Below, piece by piece: positions 47,023 through 53,928 of a stretch of DNA of 53,928 nt. The stretch is taken from IMG/VR virus record IMGVR_UViG_3300045996_002424, positions 1 to 53,928 of that record. One strand, 5' to 3'. Each line of letters starts with the position of its first letter. Position 1 is the stretch's first letter. Below the pieces are notes generated by a model. That model searched no databases. It saw nothing but the letters and a program-made list of their open reading frames with translations, and was not told the origin of the DNA. Origin of the DNA: a virus (taxonomy: Duplodnaviria; Caudoviricetes). Made by a program: the position numbers and the translations under genes.

Positions 47023-47448
47023 TCAACGCTTGACCGGCGTGCTGGTTTCACCGCCGAGGACAACGGCCGCACCGATCGCACCGCCGGTAGTAGCCCCGGT
47101 GACGGTGACCGAAACCCGCAGGTACCGCTTCAGGCCGTTGTAGCCCAGCTCAGCCATCGAGTGGCTGTCCCCCGATGACGCAGCGATCGACGGCGGCCCG
47201 CCGAACACGTCAGCCGCAGCGGCCGTGGCGAACGATGACCCGTCGTCCGAGTCCTGAATTGTGACGGTATGCACCCCGTCGGTGATCGCCCCGGCGATGA
47301 CCAGGAACAGGCAGGTCGTGAAGCTGTCGACGCCGCCGGACGGGTCCTGCTTGTCGATGACGGTGCCGTTGGTGGTGCCGTTCGTGCGTACCGCCAATGG
47401 CAAACAGAGCCGCGCCAGCACGTTGTCGTACAGCGACGATTTCCCCAT
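47023..47448 (-). CDS. Capsid decoration/cement-like protein, paralog 1
   Basis: GTVIDKQDPSGGVDSF...KRYLRVSVT; directly after the capsid gene. Confidence 0.7.
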   Translation of the reverse strand: MGKSSLYDNVLARLCLPLAVRTNGTTNGTVIDKQDPSGGVDSFTTCLFLVIAGAITDGVHTVTIQDSDDGSSFATAAAADVFGGPPSIAASSGDSHSMAELGYNGLKRYLRVSVTVTGATTGGAIGAAVVLGGETSTPVKR

Positions 47449-47514
47449 TGGCCGCGCTCCCCTTGAGCCCAACAACAGGGCCGGAGCGTTCACCCCGGCC
47501 CTGCCGTTCACTTA

Positions 47515-49035
47515 CTACGTGACGTTGAGCATGCGGAACGCGGCGTCGTTCACCGAGTCCGCACCCGTGCGGTAGTACGCGAACCAGCCACGCTGGCCGG
47601 TCGGGCGGCCGTTGGCCGTGCCGAACAGGTGCGGGATGAACTCGACGGTCATGCCGATGCGGTCGGCGATGACGTAGTTCGAGAAGTCCCCGAACACCGC
47701 CATGTAGTTCTCCTGGGTGGCGTTGATGACGCCATCCATGTCCTCAGCCTCGTAGATCGGCTTGCCGAGCAGGTTCGCCGGCCGGTCGTCGCCGAGCTGC
47801 GCCCACAGCGACGAACCACCGGCGGTGTCGAACTGCCGGGCCCGGTTGTAGAACGCGTTCGTGGCCAGCCACGCCGCCCGCGAACGGAACCGCGCCGGCA
47901 GGGCACCCTGCACGCTGTACAGGTCACCGACCGCGAGGGTGTCGGCGCCCGCGCTGGCGACGATCGACGAACCGCCGACCAGGGCGGTGACGATACCCGT
48001 CGGCTGGCCGGTACCCGTGCCCACCGCGAACGCGGCGGCCTCCAGGATGTCGCGGCCCTCGGCGAGCAGCCGGGCCACCTCCGCCGCGCCGTTGGCCATG
48101 TCCTGCAGCGCCTCGATCGACACCGGCACGAAACCCCGCGCCATGTAGATCGGGATGGTCGGCTGCGCGAACGTCGGGGCGTCGTCGGAAACCTGCGACG
48201 CCTCCGCGTCCCACGACCACGACACCGCACCCGCGGACACACCGTTCCAGACATCGCCGGTCGCGACGACCTGCCGGGCGATCCGCCGGATCTCGTTGAG
48301 CGAACCGTTGGCCGTCACGATGACGGTCGGGTCCAGCTGGAACGGGATCAGGTAACCACCGGCCGAGTCCGTCAGCGACATGGCACGCACCGCGTCCAGG
48401 GCCCGCTTCTCGGTCTCGTCGAGCTCGTGCATCCGGTTCGTCGCGGCCTTCGCGAACGCCCGGATGTACGCCGGGCTGGAGCCGGCGAGGACCAGCTTCG
48501 CGATCTTCGCGTCCTTGTCGTCGAACCGCTCCAGGATCTGGGTGGCGGCCTCCCGGACCTTGTCGTTGGCCGACGGCATCTTCTCGATGGCCGACAGGGC
48601 CCGCGACCGCAGCTCCAGGTTCACGTCCTCCCGGGTCCGGCCAAACGTGCGGATCTCGGAGAGGTCCCACGGGTTACGGAACCGCTTGTCCTCGACGCTG
48701 TCGGGCTCCAGGAACGCGTCCCGGTCGTACTCGCCGGTCGAGTGCGGCGACGTGCTGGCACCGAACGCGCCGCGCTCCAGGCGCAGGTTCGCCGCCGACA
48801 CCCCGGCCGCAGCGGCCTTGATCTCGCCGACCTGAGCCTGACGCTCCAGGTACTTGCGGTGCTTGTCGGTGATCTTGAATTCCTCGCGGAGCTCCGAGAA
48901 GTACTGCTCGTCCTCGGGGTTGAGCTCGTCGAGCTCGCCGAGGCGCTCCAGTTCGGTGGTGATCTCCCGGAGCCGGTTGATGCACTGGGAGTGGGTCAGG
49001 GTGGGGCCCTTGTTCTGGCCCGTGTCGTCCGCCAT
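47515..49035 (-). CDS. Major capsid protein (HK97 fold, with delta domain)
   Basis: SAGGYLIP...GTGTGQPTGI...LLGKPI...FGDFSNY. Confidence 0.92.
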   Translation of the reverse strand: MADDTGQNKGPTLTHSQCINRLREITTELERLGELDELNPEDEQYFSELREEFKITDKHRKYLERQAQVGEIKAAAAGVSAANLRLERGAFGASTSPHSTGEYDRDAFLEPDSVEDKRFRNPWDLSEIRTFGRTREDVNLELRSRALSAIEKMPSANDKVREAATQILERFDDKDAKIAKLVLAGSSPAYIRAFAKAATNRMHELDETEKRALDAVRAMSLTDSAGGYLIPFQLDPTVIVTANGSLNEIRRIARQVVATGDVWNGVSAGAVSWSWDAEASQVSDDAPTFAQPTIPIYMARGFVPVSIEALQDMANGAAEVARLLAEGRDILEAAAFAVGTGTGQPTGIVTALVGGSSIVASAGADTLAVGDLYSVQGALPARFRSRAAWLATNAFYNRARQFDTAGGSSLWAQLGDDRPANLLGKPIYEAEDMDGVINATQENYMAVFGDFSNYVIADRIGMTVEFIPHLFGTANGRPTGQRGWFAYYRTGADSVNDAAFRMLNVT

Positions 49036-49041
49036 GGCGGG

Positions 49042-49926
49042 TCAGGTCCTTTCGATGGAGAGCAGGTAGCCGCGGGCGTGGCGGGCGAATTCCTTCGCCG
49101 GGTTCTTCACACGCTCCGGGGCAGGGGCGGACGGGTGCTCTCCAGACGAGGGCTCGCTGACGGGCGGCGCGGCCGGAACTTCTTCGGCCGGGTGCTCGAC
49201 GGGCGGTTCCTGGTTGGGGGGCGGCGCGTCATCTTCAGCAGTGCGGGTGGAACGGGTAGCCGCGTCAGCGATGAACACGGCCTCGGCGAGCTTGTGACGC
49301 TCGCTCGGCTCGGTCAGCCGACCCAGATCGATCACGACCCGGGACCGGACACCGACCGACGTCTCGACGTAGGCGGGCCACACAACCGGCCCCGCCTCGG
49401 TGATCTTCACTTCCTTCAACGTGCGCTGCAGCGGCCCGCGGTCCTGCGGGTCCCACAGCAGGTTCATGACTTCCTTCGGGTCCCGGATCAGACCGCCGGC
49501 CTTGTCGCGCCACTCCTCACGCACGACCGAGAACCGGAACGACATGCCCTCGACCGACTTCTCCCGGATCGCGTCACGCACCGGCTCGACGAGCCAGTTG
49601 TTGTGGAGCCGGCCCACCGCGTGCAGGCCGACGCCGCGCTTCTCCTCCATGGAGTCCCACCGGCCGATCGGCAACGACCCGATCAGCGGGTGGTGGCCGT
49701 GGTCGAACTGCAGCTTCGGCATCCGCTCCGAGATCGACTTACGGAACGCGCCGAACGCCAACTGCTCGTCGAACGTGCCTTCCCACGAGTCGATCCGGGT
49801 GGGGGTGTTGAACACCGCGGCGATGCCGTCGATGGTCAATCCGTCGCCGGACTGGTCGTCGATCGCGCGGAGCGTGAACTGGGCCTCTCGGCACAGGTCA
49901 TCCTGGTAAAGAGCCCGTTCAGGCAT
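49042..49926 (-). CDS. HK97-family prohead protease
   Basis: GIAAVFN...FDHG...GMSFRF...EAGPVVWPAY. Confidence 0.9.
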   Translation of the reverse strand: MPERALYQDDLCREAQFTLRAIDDQSGDGLTIDGIAAVFNTPTRIDSWEGTFDEQLAFGAFRKSISERMPKLQFDHGHHPLIGSLPIGRWDSMEEKRGVGLHAVGRLHNNWLVEPVRDAIREKSVEGMSFRFSVVREEWRDKAGGLIRDPKEVMNLLWDPQDRGPLQRTLKEVKITEAGPVVWPAYVETSVGVRSRVVIDLGRLTEPSERHKLAEAVFIADAATRSTRTAEDDAPPPNQEPPVEHPAEEVPAAPPVSEPSSGEHPSAPAPERVKNPAKEFARHARGYLLSIERT

Positions 49927-49966
49927 CCGAGTCGACTCCTTCCGGAAGGCATGTCAGGCTGACGTT

Positions 49967-50299
49967 GTGACGTTCATGGACGAGCTACGCGCTGGTCGCG
50001 CGAGCGCTGAAGACATCGATGACTGGATCGATTGCTGGCACATGGCCGACGGCATCGGCCGCCCACTGCACGTGCACCTCGGGCTGACCTGGGAGGAGTA
50101 CCGGCACTGGGGCGCTACCGGGCGCCTGCCGGGGTACTGCGAGGTGTGCACACTCGCCTACCGCGGCACGTGCTGCCCGAACGGCATCGCCCGTTCCCCC
50201 GAGGAACACCAGGCGGTACGGGTGAACGTTGAAGCCGCCCGCGCCGGCCGCAAGACCGCCGTCCAGGAACTCCAAGAACTCAAGGACGGAACCTGCTAG
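49967..50299 (+). CDS. Hypothetical protein (antisense insert)
   Basis: DIDDWIDCWH...LHVHLGLTWEEY. Confidence 0.6.
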   Translation: MTFMDELRAGRASAEDIDDWIDCWHMADGIGRPLHVHLGLTWEEYRHWGATGRLPGYCEVCTLAYRGTCCPNGIARSPEEHQAVRVNVEAARAGRKTAVQELQELKDGTC

Positions 50300-50329
50300 C
50301 AAAGTTGCTAGCAAGCTTGCTAGCAACTT
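50294..50329. repeat. Three TGCTAGCA units including a 28-bp perfect palindrome (parS-like)
   Basis: AAGTTGCTAGCAAGCTTGCTAGCAACTT (50302-50329). Confidence 0.65.
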
Positions 50330-50442
50330 CCCAGGTACCGTGACGCGGTACGGCCTAGCACTAGATAAGAGCCCGCGTGCCCCGCCCCTTAAGAAGAGTG
50401 CTGAGACGGTGTAACCCCGTCATGGGGCGCGCGGGCCGCCCG

Positions 50443-51840
50443 CTAGGCCTCGTCGTCGGTGACGTCGGTCTGGTCCGCGTCGCCGTCGTTGTCGTCCGCC
50501 GGGTGAGGCGGGTTGACGTTCTGCACCTGAACGGTCGGGATACCCGTGTGCTCCAACAGGCCCCAGTCCTCCGCGTCGACCGCAGCCACAACAGACTCCG
50601 GCTTCCACGCACCATCAACCAGCAGCCGCATGGTGGCCGCCTGCGCCTGCTGAATCTTCGCCGCAGCGTCGCGGTCCTCCCGCAGGAACGGCACGTCGCG
50701 GGAGTCGTACCACAACCGCTGCGCCGGGCCCGGCGGCGGCACCAGGTGCTCGAAGCTGCCGGCGGCGTTCTGCCACAACGGGTGCATCGTGCCGTCCGCG
50801 AACCGGCGCCGCGCCTGACCGTAGTTACCGGCGTTCAGGCTGGACCCCTGCAAACCCTCGGACAGGCCGACGATGACCGGTGGCACCCCGGCCGCCGCCG
50901 CGATCCGCGTCTCACCGGCACCCTGCACGACCTTGAAGTCGAGCTGCTTCATGTCCCGGCCGACCACAGTCGCGTCCGCACCCGGGGTCATGTACAGGGT
51001 GCGGTAGGCGTTCGCGACCCCCGAGTGGGAGCCCTCGATCATCTCGACCTTCTTCAGGAACTCCTCGTTGGAGCGCGCCTCGATGCCCTTGATGACCATG
51101 TTCGGGGTGGCGCCGTTCTCGAAGAACTTCCGCTTGTGCGTGGTCATCAGCTGGTCGTTCTGGATCTCCCGGACCACCGGCGTCAACCACGACATTCCCC
51201 GGTACGTGGCAAGGGGGTCGGGCATGGGGGCGTGGTGGGCGACCTCGTCGCGCAGCAACGCCACCGAGTCGTTCCCGGAGTGCTGACCGCCCTCGGTGTA
51301 CAGGTACCCGACCCGCCGCCACCCGACGGTGGCGCCCTGCATCCGCATCGGCGCGAGGACGATGTCGACCCAGTCCGGGCGCAGCCGCACGAGCTGCCCG
51401 TCGACGACCGTCCAGTACGAGTTACCGGCCAAGTCGACGTCTTGGATGACGCGAGCCAGGAGGTCCTGGGTGGTGCCGCCGGGCCACGGCTTCTCCAGCA
51501 GTGTCAGCGACGGCATCCCGAACATCGTCGACGGGCGGCCCTTGTTCAGCCGCTGGTACTGGAACCGGATCCCCGAGAACACCAGCTGCCGCACAGCCAT
51601 GCACGCGAACACCACACCGTTCGCGGCGAACGCCTGCGTGGCGTACGACTCCAACGAGTTGGTGATCCGCTCGGCCTTCTCCCCGGCCAAGGTCTGCTGG
51701 ATCCCGACACCGGTGATGGGGTAGGCGTGCCCGTTGAACCAGAATTCCGACGTGGCCGCGAGGTAATCGTCGACCGTGGTGATGGAACGCTCCGCGGGCG
51801 GGTCGAAGAACCAGTTCCGGAGCGCGTCTCGGAGGCCCAA
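50443..51840 (-). CDS. Portal protein (HK97 family)
   Basis: VFACM...LAGNSY...RLRPD...FFENGATP...IAAAAGVPP. Confidence 0.92.
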   Translation of the reverse strand: MGLRDALRNWFFDPPAERSITTVDDYLAATSEFWFNGHAYPITGVGIQQTLAGEKAERITNSLESYATQAFAANGVVFACMAVRQLVFSGIRFQYQRLNKGRPSTMFGMPSLTLLEKPWPGGTTQDLLARVIQDVDLAGNSYWTVVDGQLVRLRPDWVDIVLAPMRMQGATVGWRRVGYLYTEGGQHSGNDSVALLRDEVAHHAPMPDPLATYRGMSWLTPVVREIQNDQLMTTHKRKFFENGATPNMVIKGIEARSNEEFLKKVEMIEGSHSGVANAYRTLYMTPGADATVVGRDMKQLDFKVVQGAGETRIAAAAGVPPVIVGLSEGLQGSSLNAGNYGQARRRFADGTMHPLWQNAAGSFEHLVPPPGPAQRLWYDSRDVPFLREDRDAAAKIQQAQAATMRLLVDGAWKPESVVAAVDAEDWGLLEHTGIPTVQVQNVNPPHPADDNDGDADQTDVTDDEA

Positions 51841-52100
51841 CGGATACCTCCAGATAGCTAAGCGGTGATAGAGTTGGACTCTGTCGGGCTGGGGTGAGTA
51901 GGCATGACCCCGACTGCAAGGGCCGCCGGGACTTAAACCGGGTAAGACGGGGAGGCAAACCCCGCGCCTCCAACACCTCGGCCCGACTCAGCCAGGTACT
52001 GACGGACACCGAGTGCCGCGAACGTGATGCGGGCATCAGGATCGACCCAGTCGTGATCCTGGACAGCGAGGGCAATGACGTGAGGCCTTCGCAAGGTGGT

Positions 52101-52263
52101 GGGTCCGGACAGCCAGGGTCAAGAACCGCGGTAAACCACGCCGGGCTGGTTGGGCGTGTGCAGCGGTCACGTGGCCGCGGTCACCCACCGCCTGTAGCGG
52201 TGACGGGCCCGGACAGCCAGGTAAGAACCGCAGCGACCACGCCTGGGCTTGGTTGGGGCGTGC
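52101..52263. repeat. Imperfect ~60-bp direct repeat with hairpin
   Basis: CCGGACAGCCAGG..AAGAACCGC..CCACGCC-loop-GGCGTG present twice. Confidence 0.6.
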
Positions 52264-52290
52264 TAGTAGCGACGTCGCTGCGGTCGCCCG

Positions 52291-53892
52291 TCACCGCCAC
52301 GCCGCGAAGAACTCCTGCACCGGCTCCTCCACCAACGCGCCGTCCTCAATGGCCTGTCCGCGGGCGTGGTACGCCAGGACTGCAGCCACGGCGGCGTCGA
52401 TGAGCTGACCGGTGCCGCGCTTGGCCATCTTCAGGTAGTGCTGGCCGAGTTCCTCTTCCTCACCCGGGCGGGGCTTCTTCCGGGCGCCCTTGACCAGCAC
52501 CGCGTTCTTGCAGTGCTTGGTGAGGATCTCGTCGCCGTCGTGGGTGAGCTGGCCGGCGGCGAACGCCGTCGTGAACCGCTCGATCGCCTTGTCCATGCGC
52601 ATCTCGACGTTCGTGGGGAACTCCACGATCTGCTTCGGCCACCGCCCCGACCACGCATCCAGGTAGTCCTGCCACCGGTACGGGTCAGCGAACAGCAGCG
52701 TCACGTCGTACGCCTCGAACGCGTCCTCGACGGTGGCGTTGACTTCCTCGGACGGCACCTTCCACGACACCACATTGTCCGGTCGTTCCCACGTCCGAAG
52801 GTGAAAAAGCTTCCCATCCGACATCCGGGCCGCGATCAACGAAGTGGCGTCCCGAACCTTCGCGCCGTCGAACCCGAGAGCGATCTTCTCCCCAGCCCGC
52901 AGCTCCTCCGGGCCGGCGAGGGCATCCCACTTGATGGGGTCCACGAACACCGATTCGCCAACGACGATCTCGTTGAGGAAGAATCGGCGCCGGTCCGCTT
53001 CCATGTGGCGGGGGGAGCGGACCTCATGCATGATCCGACCCCGGATATTCACCCAGCCACCACGTTCGAGGGCGCTGTCGCCGTACTGGCGCAGCAGTTC
53101 CGCATACAGCTCGTCGTCGTTATTCAGGTCCTCGACCCGGCAGGACTCGACTGAATCGACCAGGACCCGGTCGTCGGGGTTGTCGTTGGTGATCTGCGCC
53201 TCGGAACCCTCCGTCGGGTCCCACGCGTTCGTCAGCTCCAACCACCGGCCGTCCATACCGGCGACGTTCCGCTTCACCGCGCCGGCGACTTTGCGGTACC
53301 CGCCCTGCAGCGTGAACAGGTGGCTTTCGGTGATCGTGAGGAACGTCAACGGGGCACCCAGCCGGGCCTTCGCCGACGTCGTCACCGGCTCCACCTTCCC
53401 GCCACCCGGCAGCACACACCGCGTCAGGCCGATGTCGAGGCCGGTCATGTCACCCAACGGGCCTAGTTGCCCCATGGCAACGAATGGACGCCAGGTGTTG
53501 TCGGTCTGCTCCTCGGACGTGCCGAGGCACACGATCAGTGGGGTGGGGTAGGGGGAGCCGACGGGGTCGCCGGCCGCGTTCCACCCGTCGAACCGAGTCG
53601 GGCCCAACGCCTCAGCCCAGATCATCGCCGCACCGAAGGGGTCCTTGCCCCACTTCTGCGACCGGCGCAGCTGGGCGCCGGTGAACCGCAGGTTGTCCGG
53701 CGACGGCCACGGCGCCGCGTGCGGGTACAGGCGGTAGAAGTGGAGCAGGAAGTTCCACATCTCGTCGGTCAGCCGGTACGGCTCACCCTGCCGGTACCCG
53801 TCCGGGATCACACAGTGCGCTTCGATCCACTCGCCAACCTCGTACCCCAGGGTGGGGAACTCGCCCTCGACTTCTGGTCCACGCCAGGGCAT
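52291..53892 (-). CDS. terL: Terminase large subunit
   Basis: RRSQKWGKDP Walker A, ITESH Walker B variant, LGFDG and IDAAVA nuclease motifs. Confidence 0.9.
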   Translation of the reverse strand: MPWRGPEVEGEFPTLGYEVGEWIEAHCVIPDGYRQGEPYRLTDEMWNFLLHFYRLYPHAAPWPSPDNLRFTGAQLRRSQKWGKDPFGAAMIWAEALGPTRFDGWNAAGDPVGSPYPTPLIVCLGTSEEQTDNTWRPFVAMGQLGPLGDMTGLDIGLTRCVLPGGGKVEPVTTSAKARLGAPLTFLTITESHLFTLQGGYRKVAGAVKRNVAGMDGRWLELTNAWDPTEGSEAQITNDNPDDRVLVDSVESCRVEDLNNDDELYAELLRQYGDSALERGGWVNIRGRIMHEVRSPRHMEADRRRFFLNEIVVGESVFVDPIKWDALAGPEELRAGEKIALGFDGAKVRDATSLIAARMSDGKLFHLRTWERPDNVVSWKVPSEEVNATVEDAFEAYDVTLLFADPYRWQDYLDAWSGRWPKQIVEFPTNVEMRMDKAIERFTTAFAAGQLTHDGDEILTKHCKNAVLVKGARKKPRPGEEEELGQHYLKMAKRGTGQLIDAAVAAVLAYHARGQAIEDGALVEEPVQEFFAAWR

Positions 53893-53928
53893 AAACTCAC
53901 CCCTCGCGCACAGTGCCTGACACTTGCT

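Overview
High-GC (about 70%) siphovirus genome or prophage from an actinobacterial host, probably Micromonosporaceae/Actinoplanes-like (inferred). It looks nearly complete, though no small terminase or integrase was seen. Left arm (1-10.1 kb, minus): exonuclease, SSB, excisionase-like HTH, primase-SF3 helicase with an ori-like inverted repeat, WhiB, XRE/LuxR regulators and a Holliday-junction resolvase. 10.5-21.2 kb (plus): many small genes plus CsrA, ParA with a small partner and parS-like palindromes, and a large HTH/HicA-like/ParB-DGQHR fusion, which suggests a plasmid-type prophage. 21.3-53.9 kb (minus): HK97-type terminase, portal, protease, capsid, head-tail, tail and lysis genes. This virion operon is interrupted by opposite-strand inserts, including a 9-kb block between the tail chaperone and tape measure genes. 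The two most striking signals are in that block. (1) Seven same-orientation Xer/dif-like 28-bp sites (11-6-11; one is a half-site) at 30.56-32.52 kb separate single small ORFs whose stop codons mostly lie in the site arm, like an integron cassette array, with no recombinase of its own. (2) A circularly permuted tRNA-like domain with encoded CCA sits inside a ~420-nt structured RNA directly behind a conserved 245-aa hypothetical gene, with no Ro60 in the window.
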